Below, one piece after another: positions 49,792 through 60,500 of a DNA stretch of 64,000 nucleotides. How positions within the stretch are numbered: the stretch's first letter is position 1; every line of letters begins with the position of its first letter. The DNA is from an uncultured Planctomycetota bacterium (GTDB lineage Bacteria > Planctomycetota > Planctomycetia > Isosphaerales > Isosphaeraceae), in contig CAWJTV010000041.1 in NCBI GenBank assembly GCA_963845755.1, positions 576,001-640,000 on the forward strand. Direction: 5' to 3'. The position numbers and the translations under genes were made by a program. The notes below the pieces were generated by a model. The model was not told the DNA's origin and made no database searches. It was given only the letters and a program-made list of their open reading frames with translations.

Positions 49792-50706
49792 TCAATAGCC
49801 GTCGATGATCTGTCCGTCGTTTCTCACAGCCAGCTTGTTGAGGACGCTGAGGTCGGTCGAGTTAATCACGGCCATCACATGGCCGTCGGTGAAAAGAAAC
49901 TGGCAGATGCCGGGGTGGTAGCTGCCGAACTTGCAATGCCACGGGCCACTCAGGTCGTAGAGCCCCTGACCCAGGTTGAATTGCGGAAGACCGGCGATTC
50001 GGGAGAAATTGCGTGGGAAGTCACCGTTGTAGATCGCGCCGTCTCCCCACGACGGTCCGCTCTGGCCGAACTTGCTCAGCGGGACGTGTTTCTCGCCGAC
50101 GAGAAACGTATGACTGGTCCCGTCGGTAACGTCGCGTAACCGAGTTTGCGATTGCGTTTGCACCAGTTGACTGTTGGTGATTTGCGACTGGGCCTGGCAC
50201 ATGGCGCCGTTGCACAACGGATTATCCACGATCGAGCCGGCAAACTGCCCACCATTGCCGGCATAATCCCCCACCACTCCCGGATACTGCTGAGTATCGG
50301 GAATCCCGGTGCTGGAGATCTCGAACTGCGTGCTCAGCATGGGCGGCCGCCGGGTGGGGCAATAGAACGCCTCGACAGCCGTGGCCCTCACCGTCGATTG
50401 CTGCAAGTAATAGGTGTTTGTGAGGTTCCACGCGTTGTAGAGGGGGGTCTGCTCCATGAAAGGAAGGATCTCGATGAACCAGGTGGCGTGCTGAGGTCCG
50501 ACGCGGCTCGAGGGCAGGGTCTGCTGCACCTGCTCGAAGTTATGAATGGCCAGGCCGATCTGTTTGAGGTGGTTGGCACACTGAGCCCGCCGGGCCGCCT
50601 CACGACTCTGCTGCACGGCGGGCAGCAACAAGGCGATCAAGACCGAGATGATCGCGATCACCACCAAGAGCTCGATCAAGGTGAATGCTGCTCGTTGTCT
50701 TCTCAT
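49792..50706 (-). CDS. DUF1559 prepilin-type protein
   Basis: AFTLIELL...; [24 protein letters not shown]. Confidence 0.95.
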   Translation of the reverse strand: MRRQRAAFTLIELLVVIAIISVLIALLLPAVQQSREAARRAQCANHLKQIGLAIHNFEQVQQTLPSSRVGPQHATWFIEILPFMEQTPLYNAWNLTNTYYLQQSTVRATAVEAFYCPTRRPPMLSTQFEISSTGIPDTQQYPGVVGDYAGNGGQFAGSIVDNPLCNGAMCQAQSQITNSQLVQTQSQTRLRDVTDGTSHTFLVGEKHVPLSKFGQSGPSWGDGAIYNGDFPRNFSRIAGLPQFNLGQGLYDLSGPWHCKFGSYHPGICQFLFTDGHVMAVINSTDLSVLNKLAVRNDGQIIDGY

Positions 50707-51108
50707 GGGTTGAAACTCCGTGTTGAGTCAGAATGAGCCGGCTTGGGTCGAAACGTCTCATGAGAGAGGATTGCGCTGGGATTCTTAGGTAAACGGTCAT
50801 CTCGCGGGCTGCGCGTGCAGGCAGGCGGGATGTCTCCGCCACAAGACCGAATTGAATCGAATGTTTAGGAGCCTGTTCTCGAGTAACAACTCGCGAACTA
50901 TCCCGGTCAGGGCGCAGACGACATTACGGAGTCGGATGCCCGGACCGGACAAGTCTACGCGCAGCAACGATCCCAACGGCGGGCGGGAGACCGCATCGAA
51001 GATGTCCACTCCCATCGCTGCAACTCGACGACGAATCCGGCGCAGGCGACAAGCGAACCCGAGACGAGATCGGCATCTCGGAAGGGACCAACCGCGAGGA
51101 TCAATTCG

Positions 51109-51548
51109 TCATGTCGGCTGGATGAGCGATGGGGGCGGATGGAACACGCCAATCCCTCGCCGCACGGGGCGCATCGCGGTCGCTTCCCAGGAAAGGAAGG
51201 AGGATTGTACGGAGTTCAAGAGGTGGGCCGACGAAGACCAGGGCCAGGAATCAATCCGAACGTCAGTCACCCCGGCCGGGACGGCCGGCACATCCGGCTG
51301 TCCCGAGCAAAACGCGCCCGAGCAGGGGCGCGACGGCGGGCGCTCCGGAAGCCGATCGGAAGGGGCGACCAGATCGCGCACCAAGGACTCGGTCAGCGCG
51401 GAGGACTCGGGCCGATTGGTCAGGGACGTGACGCGGTGCGAGCAGCCGGCCTGCGCGCGGGTGGCGCAATCGCAGCCATCGCCAGGAACGCCAGAACGGC
51501 TCCTGCCGGAATCGAGACCGGTCGCTGGAAGGTAACGGACCTCGTCAT
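51109..51548 (-). CDS. secreted Cys-motif leader ORF, copy 3 (one frameshift ~51460)
   Basis: MTRSVTF...AVLAFLAMAAIAP...AQA-GCSH...PCSGAFCS...DSWPW...GVFHPPPSLIQPT*. Confidence 0.72.
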
Positions 51549-51638
51549 CGCACCAAGTTCTTGGGGATCGATCGCTTCCATCCCGAAAGAGAGTCGCAAC
51601 GGAGCGATCGAGATCGTGAGCCATCAAGAGTTCCGAAT

Positions 51639-51667
51639 AAGCTACAGGTGAAACGATCGTGTTTCAA
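51639..51667 (-). promoter_or_regulatory. sigma70-like promoter of module 3, with palindrome TGAAAC-N6-GTTTCA over the -35 and spacer
   Basis: TTGAAA-17 nt-TAGCTT. Confidence 0.6.
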
Positions 51668-51807
51668 GGGCCTCGTCATTTTTCCCGGGGCCTGGTGGGT
51701 CGATGGGACTCACCCCCTGCTGAAGTCGTAGTTGGCGTAGCCCTGGTTGGCCAGAAGCAAGGTTGGGTCTAACTTTCCCGGTGGCGGACTCGGTGAGCCG
51801 GCAGGGC

Positions 51808-52355
51808 TCACCGCTTGCCGAAGTCGTAATTCACGTACCCCTGGTTGGCCAGCCGCAATCCCGACTCCTCGTAGGCAGCGGGTCGCTCGGGGCCCAGGTT
51901 CCCAGGCCATCCACGTACCGATTGAACATGCAGAACGCCGCGGCGATCAGGACCGTATCGTGGATCGCCTTGTCATCGGCACCCTCGGCACGGGCGCGAT
52001 CGACGTCCGCCGCCTCGACGAGCCGTCCGTCGCGCCGGACTTTGTCGGCGATTGCGAGCAGAGCCTTCAATTTCGGCGAAACCAGGGCGGAATCGGGATT
52101 CTCGAGTACCTCATCGACAACCACGGTTCTCCCCGTAGTGTACCCGGGCTGCTGCCGCATGCGACTGCGTGCAGAAGTGACACCGATTCCTCGACGACAC
52201 ATAGGAGGCGATCAGCTCGCGCTCGGCCGACGTCAGTGACGACGGCGCTCTCAGAGCGCCTCGGCCAGGCCACTCAGATGGACCTGGGTTTCCGGGTAGG
52301 CGATCATCGGCCCGACGATGCCCGGTACGCCTTCGGGCAATGAGATATGCGCCAT
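51808..52355 (-). CDS. cytoplasmic AhpD/peroxidase-related enzyme, Cys version (CHFC); several frameshifts
   Basis: MAHISLPEGVPGI...ERELIASYVSSRNRCHFCTQSH...KLKALLAIADKV...IHDTVLIAAAFCMFNRYVDGL...ANQGY. Confidence 0.8.
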
Positions 52356-52399
52356 GGATGTCTTCCTCCACTGGTTCGTGAGTTCCCGAGAAGTCCGGG

Positions 52400-53682
52400 T
52401 CAGTTCGAGGACGGACGCGTCACATGCGATGACTCGCGCTGAACCTGGACTCCACTGGGCGTTGAAGCCGCGGCCTGGGTCGGCCGCGTCGCACCTTCCT
52501 GAAGGAGCAGGATGAGCGAGTGCTCCAGTTCGGCCGGCTTGAACAGGTACGGGCCGCGTCCACTCTTGAAGCCGACCTTGCCCTCTCGGTCGATGACATA
52601 AAGGCGGCCGGGCATGCCGCTATAGCGGTTGCCGGCCAGGTCGTCGATCGAATCGACGAGCATCGGGAAGCCGAGCCCGAGGAGCCGACTGCAGGTCTGG
52701 GCGACTTCGCGCGCTCGTCGTAGGTCCGGGGCTGGGCCGTGGCGACGTTCGCGCGATCGTTGCTGTCCATCCGCCAGCCATCGGTCGGATGGGCTTCCCG
52801 CACGTAGACCATCACGAACGTGGCGCGGTCCTTGTAACGCCGGTAGAGCTTCTCCATGTTCCCGGCCTGGCTGCGGAACGGCCCGCAGGTGAAGTTCCCG
52901 AAGACCAGGACGACCGGCTTGGGGCCGATCAGTTTCGAGAGCGTGATCTCGCCCTTGCCGTCATTGGTCTTGAGCGTAAAATCGGGCGCACTCTCGTCGA
53001 GCTTCGGACCCGGCTCGAGCGAACCGACCTCTCGACGAAACAGGCCGCGGATCAGCGTCGCCTTCGAAGGCCGCCCCGTGTTCGGGCCGGTCGGAGGCAT
53101 CGGAGGTGGGGCGAACGCCTCTTGCAGGTCGGAGAGCGACAGGAAGTCCTGACCGCCGCTGTCGGCCGCCCGGAAGAACGCGTCAACCTCCTCGCGCGTG
53201 ACCTTGCCGTTGCTGTCGCGATCCATGCGCGAGAATATCAGAGATCCCGGCGAAGGTGCCAGCGAGCTGCCCGAGAAGTCGAAATCGGGCGGTGTCAATA
53301 CACCGTCGTGATTGCGGTCCAGCCGCGCGAAGTCGTCGCCGCCGCCGAACTCCTGGCGCGTGATCTTGCCGTTAGCGTCGCGGTCGAATCGCTTGCGAGT
53401 CGCGTTCCAGTCGAATCGCGTTTGCGAAACGGCCGTGCGAAACCAGCCGAAGTTGGGACTCATCGGTTCTTCTTCGAGAATGCTTGCGAGCATATCGACC
53501 CACTCGGGATGATCGGGCCAGGATTCATTCAGAGCCGCGGCCACCTCTGCCACCTCTCGCTGGTGGGCCTCAGCCGGTGAGGCCGGCGGCTTCCTCGGGT
53601 CGTCGGCCGCCACCAGCGCCGCCACGACCCACGGGAGGAGGATCGTGCTCGCGGTCGTCCGGATTCCAGGTCGTCTGTTCAT
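52400..53682 (-). CDS. secreted EF-hand + deiodinase-like protein, Cys version (FGNFTCGPF); frameshift ~52715
   Basis: colinear paralog of 41968..43281; VYVREAHPTDGW; YSGMPGRLYVI...FKSGRGP. Confidence 0.85.
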
Positions 53683-54219
53683 CAGGAGGCTCCTCAGTTC
53701 TTTGATTCGTGTCTGGGCAGGAAATGGGGCGCGCGGTCGGCCGGGGGCAGCACTCCGGAGCGGGAATCGGCGCGGTCCGATGGGCGCGCGCGGGGTCGTC
53801 CTCGGCACAGGGCGAGGTATCCGAGAGCGGGACTACCTGGGTTGGCGGAGGCGCGTCCTTCTCGATCCGCCTCGCCATGAGTCGCACGGCGATGAAATCG
53901 GCCAGGAATCGCCTTGAAATATTGTTGCTGTCATCCATAGCAGGCAATCCTTTCACGCTCGGTTTCTCGGAGGCATACTGACGAATGGCGAGCGCAAACG
54001 AGCTCTGTGTAACCCGCCTCGAGTGGCCCCTCGACCCCCTTGGGGCTGGGTCACCGGAGCCTTGCAACAGGGTAAGGAGAGTCGGTGGACCGAGATCGAT
54101 CGATCACGATTCGAGATCGAGCATCGTGCTGCTCGCAATCACCTGCGATCGCCGGTCCGATGGGATACGCGCCGCGCACGGATTGAAACGATCCCACCGG
54201 GTCAACTCCGTTGAGGCGA

Positions 54220-54672
54220 TTAAGAGTGTGAATGCGACTGGAGATGCCGGGGAGGCCGTTCCGGCGGAGAGGAATTGTGCCGTGGATGTGCCCGGAGGAT
54301 CTCGGGCCGTATCTCGGTCGAGTTCGGGCTATCCCAGCCGGGTGCTACGGTTGTGCAGCACCAGGATTCACTTCGCAAGGAAGTCGCTGGCGATGGTGCC
54401 GGCGGCAACGGTTGTCCCTGCGAGCAGGATAGGCCGGAACACGGTTGGTTGCGCCGGGGCCCGGGCAGCGCCGAATCGCGAGGGCTGGCGAGGGAAGCAT
54501 CGAGCCATGCCAGGTCAGCGAGCGATTCTTGGACCGATCGGCTCAGTTGAGAAGTGACGCCATGACTGCAACCCGCCCGAGCTGTTGAGGGCGCAATGCC
54601 CCCGACCGTCAGGAGCACGCAGAATGCCCCCGTAACCCAGTGCTTCGCTCGCTGGCGGAACGAAGAGATCAT
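54220..54672 (-). CDS. secreted Cys-motif leader ORF, copy 4 (intact, 150 aa)
   Basis: MISSFRQRAKHWVTGAFCVLLTVGGIAPSTARA-GCSH...PCSGLSCS...ESWCC...PPERPPRH. Confidence 0.75.
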   Translation of the reverse strand: MISSFRQRAKHWVTGAFCVLLTVGGIAPSTARAGCSHGVTSQLSRSVQESLADLAWLDASLASPRDSALPGPRRNQPCSGLSCSQGQPLPPAPSPATSLRSESWCCTTVAPGWDSPNSTEIRPEILRAHPRHNSSPPERPPRHLQSHSHS

Positions 54673-54718
54673 TTCGACTCGAGTTGGTGAGGGAACGGCG
54701 ATCTGAGAAATCAGTAAA

Positions 54719-54747
54719 AGGCTATCCGGTAAAAGGTCGGATTTCAA
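54719..54747 (-). promoter_or_regulatory. sigma70-like promoter of module 4
   Basis: TTGAAA-17 nt-TAGCCT. Confidence 0.55.
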
Positions 54748-54907
54748 GGGACTGCCGAGACTCCGGTCGTTTTTCGAGACCGAGGCCATTCCTCTTTGCG
54801 GAAGGGCCGGGAGTCCAGGTCGCGCCGAGGCGCGAGGCTCGCAAGGCGAACTACGCCGGGAAATCTCCCGATGTGCGCAGGACGCTGCGATCCACCGGAG
54901 GAACACG

Positions 54908-55982
54908 CTACTGAGCGATGACCACTCGCCCAGGTTGGCCGTCTTCGGTAGGCTCCTCGATGGTGATCGAGCGGTCGAGGAAGGCGGAGATGGTCTCGAC
55001 GTTGGTGCGAAGGTGGTCGGTGACTTCACTGACGGTGAACTCGCTCCGGCCGGCTGCGAAGGCCAGTGGCAGGAGGATCTGGTCGGCGGAGTGGGGGTCA
55101 ACCGCGGCATCGGCGACGGTCTCGAAGGCCAGCAACTGGTCAACGGCCTCATCGGCGACCGCTTCCGACGGCTTACCGCGCTCGCCCAGGCCGACGAATG
55201 TGGCGGGGATCCCGCCGTCGTGTTCGGCCGTCAAGCTCAATGCAGCCCCCTGTCCCGGGCTGGTCCAGCGGACGAGGTCGATCTCGGCGGAGAGGCCGTG
55301 GGCCAGGAGGCGATGGACGACGCGGTCGCGCATCCGGCTGGCGATGTCGTCGCGAAGGTTGGCGACTCCGGCGAGGCCATGAATACGGCGAAGCGGGCCG
55401 CGATCGGTCTGGACCCACGCGCGGGGACGCGCCGGCTCGATCCAGGCTTCGAGTTGTCCGCCGCCGCGAGGATAGAAACCGGCCGAAGACATCGCCAGCG
55501 AGATCGGCATGCCGAACGCTTCGAGGTAGGCGCGCCAGGTGGATTCCAGGAAGGGGAAGGCCGGCGCCTTGGGGTTGAAGGTCCCCCCGGCGAGCACGAT
55601 CCGGGACGGCCGGGTGGCGCGCAAGGCCAGTGGCAGGTGCAAGGTCTGAAGGACCAGGCCGGTCGAGCCGGCCGTACCGATGTCGATTGTCAGGTCGCGC
55701 GGCTCGTAGGCCCCGGGCTGAAAGGACAGCTCCCGCGCCGACGGTCGCGCCGACAACGTCCGCGCGGCCCAGCTCGACGGCCGCATCCACTGCCGTCTTG
55801 TGCTGGGGACGCAGGCCCGGATTGTCACGATTGGCGCGGATCCGGGTCATGCGGAATGGCCGGCCGGTCAAGAGTGCGAGCGTCAACGCGGTGCGGAGGA
55901 TCTGGCCGCCCCCCTCACCGCGCGAGCCATCCAGCCGCACCGGGTCCGGCCGTTCCGGCGAGTTTGTTGTCTCCGGCGCCAT
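54908..55982 (-). CDS. rtcA: RNA 3'-terminal phosphate cyclase (frameshift ~55735)
   Basis: DGSRGEGGGQILRTAL, IRANRDNPGLRPQH, DIGTAGSTGLVLQT, GFYPRGGG, VDPHSADQ, HLRTN. Confidence 0.92.
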
Positions 55983-56269
55983 GACCCGAAGCTCCGATCG
56001 ACCTGACATCCAGGGCCGCGACGCCCGATGCGGCATCGCGACCGAACCGGGCTCGTGCGCCCATGCGCCCGCCACCGCCGCGTCCCGACGCTCCTGAGCC
56101 GCGGACCACTCCACTCTACCCGCTCCGGTGCTGCGTAACCATCCATGGTCGTTGGTCCTCGGTCCTTCGATTGATTTCGAGGGCCCTCCATCCTCGCAGA
56201 GGGCGGCTCGGTCGGCTTGCGAACCAAAGCCCGAAGACTAAGGGCCATTCGAAGCGGGTAACGGTGGCG

Positions 56270-57353
56270 CTGGGAATCGGGCGGGGTGATCGAGCTCGTC
56301 GTCGTGACGTTGGGTGCGGCGGCATTCGGCTGGGCTTTCGTATCGGGCCTGGCGGGTCGGGGGGTGCTGGCGGTGGAATCCGCCCGGGGGGGCGGCGGCG
56401 GTGTTGGAGTCGTGCTCGGTACCGCGGGTGGTTCCGGAGGCGGCCCGACCAGCCGCTGGAACAGCTTGGGACGGTCGTTCGTCTTGGGAGCCTCACCGAA
56501 CACGCCGTTAAGGTTGCGGGAGGCCCAGATCAGGATTAACCGCTGGTGACGCTGGTCGCGATCGGATGGCGACTCGCTGAAGAGAAAGCTGCCGAGGCTG
56601 CTCGGGCTCTCGGGCCGGCAGCCGATGACCGCGACCTGGCCCGGTTCGAGCTCGAGGTCCACGGTCAGCTCGCGGACGGTCAATTCCTGCTGGCCGTCGC
56701 GCAGGCTCAACTCCTGGGGGGCCAAACCGGGCGTGCTGTTCAGCGCGGGGAAGGAGGCGCTGCATCGGGCCGTGGTGGACCTCGGGGATCAACCGCAGCG
56801 AGACACCATGGGCACCGTCGTGTCGCGGGGTCACCCGGAAGTAGCCGCTGGCCGCCTCATAATCCTTGCCCGTGACCCGGTTGTCCCGGTTGAGCAGCAG
56901 GGTGGTCTGGTCCACGGCCTCGCTGACGTTGATCAAGTTCTGCTCGCCGCTCTCGAGCACCAGAGTCGTCGGGATGACTGTCGGATGCTGCGGGCCGCCA
57001 TCCTTGAGGATCGTCTGGAGCTCCGACGGGAGCTCGCCGAGGATCCGGCCGACTCGAAGACCATTGGCCTGGAGCGCGCGCCTTTGGGGCGGCGAGACGA
57101 TCTGCTCGTCGGCCACGCGCCAGACCAGCTCATTGATCGCCGGCTCGTTGAACGGCCGGCTCAAGATCGCGACCTGGAGCAGGCAGCGCTTGGGCTCGAT
57201 GAGCTGGCCGGCATGGCCACCGATCCGGTTGAAGATCTGCTGGGGCCGGCTCCCGGGCTTATCCATCGAGCAGCCCGCGACGATCAGCAGGCCGCACGTT
57301 GACACGGCGGTCAGGATCGCAAGCCACACCGGCATCCGGCTCGTCGAGCGCAT
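56270..57353 (-). CDS. hypothetical lipoprotein (frameshift ~56760; 3' end uncertain)
   Basis: VAGC lipobox; LQANGLRVG, LRLIPEVHHG, SLGSFLF; Pro-rich tail. Confidence 0.6.
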
Positions 57354-57562
57354 AGGGCGGAATCCTTTCCGCTGGGAAGAGTGGCGGGCCCAGGAGCCCG
57401 CTCCACTGAGGGACCCGTATCCTGGGATCAGTGGGTCGGGCACCCCTGCCCGTCGGCACGTGAGCGTGCCCATCCCGGCCGCGCGGCGCGAGCCGAGCTG
57501 CCGGCGTTGTTTCCAACGGGACTCGGTCTGGAGTCTAGAACCAGACCGCCGACACGTCAACC

Positions 57563-60500
57563 TCAAGTCGTCGGTCGTCGGTTGCGCGACACGGCCATCG
57601 GCCCGTCGAGCAATCGCTCGATCTCGCCGATCGGCGCGCCGGTCGTACCGTCGAAGATCTCGACCAATGTCTGATGGCGCCCTCGAGACTCCGCGACGAT
57701 CTCGGGCGTACTTTCGCCGCTGACATTACGGGTCGTGACCTGGATCCCGCGGTGGAACACATGCCGGAACGCCGTGATGGACTCGATGCGCCGGCCGGTG
57801 ACACCGTCGAAGACATCGATCACCGTCCGGCCGCCGCGCGTCCCTGCGGCGATGATCTCGGAACTGCCATCCCGGTTGAGGTCCGCCATGGCCACCGACA
57901 CGCCGCGAGAGTTCGCGCGACCGAACGGGTAGAACCGGCGGATCACCGCACCGGTCAACCCATTGATCAACTCCACCGGCTCTCGACGGCCTGGCCTCGG
58001 GGCGACGAGGATCTCCGGAGCGCCATTGGCGCTGACCTGTCCCTCCGCCACGTTCACACCGCCACGGCCTGAGGGCTTGTAAGGCCGGATCAGGACCTGC
58101 GGCGAGCCGCTGGGATTCTCGACCTCGATCTTCGACCGGGTCACGACGACCGGATCGACCCCGACCATCAGGACTCCCGAATCGCTCCCGGAATGCTTCG
58201 AATCCCCTTCGTAGACGGCCTGAATCGCCTGAGTGCCGGCGGGCAGTTGCACGTTCAGCGTGGCCACGCCGCCGCTCTCGGGGACGATCCCCAGTACGTT
58301 CGCTCCATCCAGGAACGCCACCAGGCCGGAGCCCAGGGGACTTCCCGTCGCCGTGGAGTTGACCAGGGCGGTCAGTGTGATGGACTCGCCGGTCAGGGCC
58401 GTTGAGGGGCCGACCAGGAGGGTCAACGTGGTCGACGGCGGCGGCGGCGGCGGATTGGCGCCAAGGGTCGGCCCGTGGGGGTTGCCCACAACCAGCACGC
58501 TGTTCGCCCCCAACGACCCGGCCAGGCCGGGCACCGGCAGCGACGGGTCCGCGGCCTGATGGTTGTAGGCGTCCTGGATCGTGGTGCTGGGCGGAATCAT
58601 CAGCGCCGCGGAGGACAGGTAATCCAGCCGCGCACTCCGTTGACCGGCGCCGACGGTATAGTCGAACGTCAGCGTGTTCGTCCCCGAGCCGCCGCTATAA
58701 TTCACCACGGCGGCGCCGCCACCGGCGCCGGTGCTGGCGGCCAGCACGAGCGCGGGCGTGCCGGTCACGATCACGGGCCGGTCGAACTGGACCTGGATCG
58801 GGATCACGTCGCCGGCCTGATACCGACCATCGGGCACCGTGGTCGTGACGGACGACACCACGGGCACCGGCGCGGCCGCGGTATTGATGGCGATCCGATT
58901 GTTATTGCCCAGCGACCCCGGCGCCCCCACCGCCGGCAGGGCCAGGTTCGTGGACCCGTTCAGGACGAGATCGGTGCCGTCATCGAGCCGCGAGCTGCCC
59001 TGACCGGCCGCGACGGTGTAGTCGAACGTCAGGAGATTCGTGCCCGAACCCTTCACGTAGGTGGCGATCGCGGTCTGGCCGCCGCCGAGCGCCAGTTGCA
59101 ACTGCGTGTGCGACGGGTCGGTCACCGTCGCGGGCACGCTGAGGTTCACCGTGATCGGGATGGTCGCGCCCAGGCCGTACGTGCCGTTGATGGCCGTCGA
59201 ACTGACGTTGGCGACCACCGGCGTTGCGGACGCGACCGTCTGGACCGCCAGCGAGCTACTGCCTGGCAGCGAGGCGGCCGATCCCGGTGCCGGCAGCGTC
59301 AGGTTGGCCGGCACGGTCGAGAACTGTTTCGACATGATCGTCGCGCCGTTGAGCTCGAGCGCATCGGTCCCGGCGTAGTCCAGCAGCGGGCTACTCTGGC
59401 CCGCCTGGGGCGTGGCGAGCGTGTAGATAAACTGGAGGATCGGAAGCGTGTCCAGGACCAGGGCGTTGTAGACCGCGACCGCACCGGTGCCGGAGTTCAG
59501 GAGCAGGGTCGGCTTACCCTTCGTGGTATCGACCGTCACGAGGGAGCTGAACGTCACATCGATCACGATCGACGAATTGACCGTACCGCTGGCATCGAGC
59601 CCATAGCCGCCGTTGACGGACTCGGCGGTGACGCTGACCACCTGAGGCGGGGCACCGGCCACCGTCGTGTTATTGCTCCGGAGCGAGCCGGACCCGCCCG
59701 GCGGCGGCAGCATCAGGTTGGCGTTATTTCCCAGCGCGTCGACGATCGTCGCGCCTTTGAGCGCCAGGGCGCCGGCGGAGGCGTAATCCAGATCGCGGCT
59801 CGTGTCGCTGGTCCCGACGGTGTAATCGAACTCCAGCGAGGTGGTGCCCGAGCCGGCCGTGTAGTTGACCGCGACGGTCTGGCCGTTATCGAGCGCCAGG
59901 GTGAGCGTCGGCGTCCCGCCGGTGGTGTGCACCGTCACGGGACTATCGAAGGTGACGAAGATTTGAATGACGCCAGCCGGGCCCACGGTCGCGTTCGTCT
60001 GGTTGTCCCAGACGGCGAGCACCTGCGCGGGATGGTCAACGACGGCCACGGCCCCGCTGGTGCCCAGCGACCCCAGCGTCCCCGGCGGCGGCAGCGTCAA
60101 GTCGGCCGGGGCCGCGGTATTCCCGATCAGGATCTGGCCGCCGTTGAGACTCAGGGCGCCGGTGGACGTATAGTCGAGGGCCGGACTGGCCTGTCCGGCA
60201 ATCGGCGTGAAGTCGAACGTGAGGGTATCCGTCCCGGAACCGCTCACATAGGTGGCATTGGCCGTGCCGGTCCCCCCGGCGACCGCCAGCGCGAGCGTGG
60301 GCGTCCCGCCCGTGGTCTTCACCGTGACCGGCGCGTTGAACTGCACCGTGATCGGGATGAGCGTACCCACTCCGTAGATCCCGTCGGGCTTGGTGGAGCT
60401 GACGTCGATCACGCCGGTCGCCGCGGCGCCGACGGCGATCTGGGTGTTGCCGCCCAGCGAACGCGGACTGCCGGGGTCGAACAAGACCGGCGTCGGGATC

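Noticed and set aside
53570..54067. Possible small ORF (MDDSNNISRRFLADF...) between leader 4 and the deiodinase-like gene
   Set aside because: No clear SD, it overlaps the next gene in another frame, and has no counterpart in the other three modules.
54908..55982. rtcA as an RNA-repair partner of the tRNA array
   Set aside because: It is 37 kb away, with no rtcB or rtcR nearby and in a different gene context; no sequence evidence of a link.
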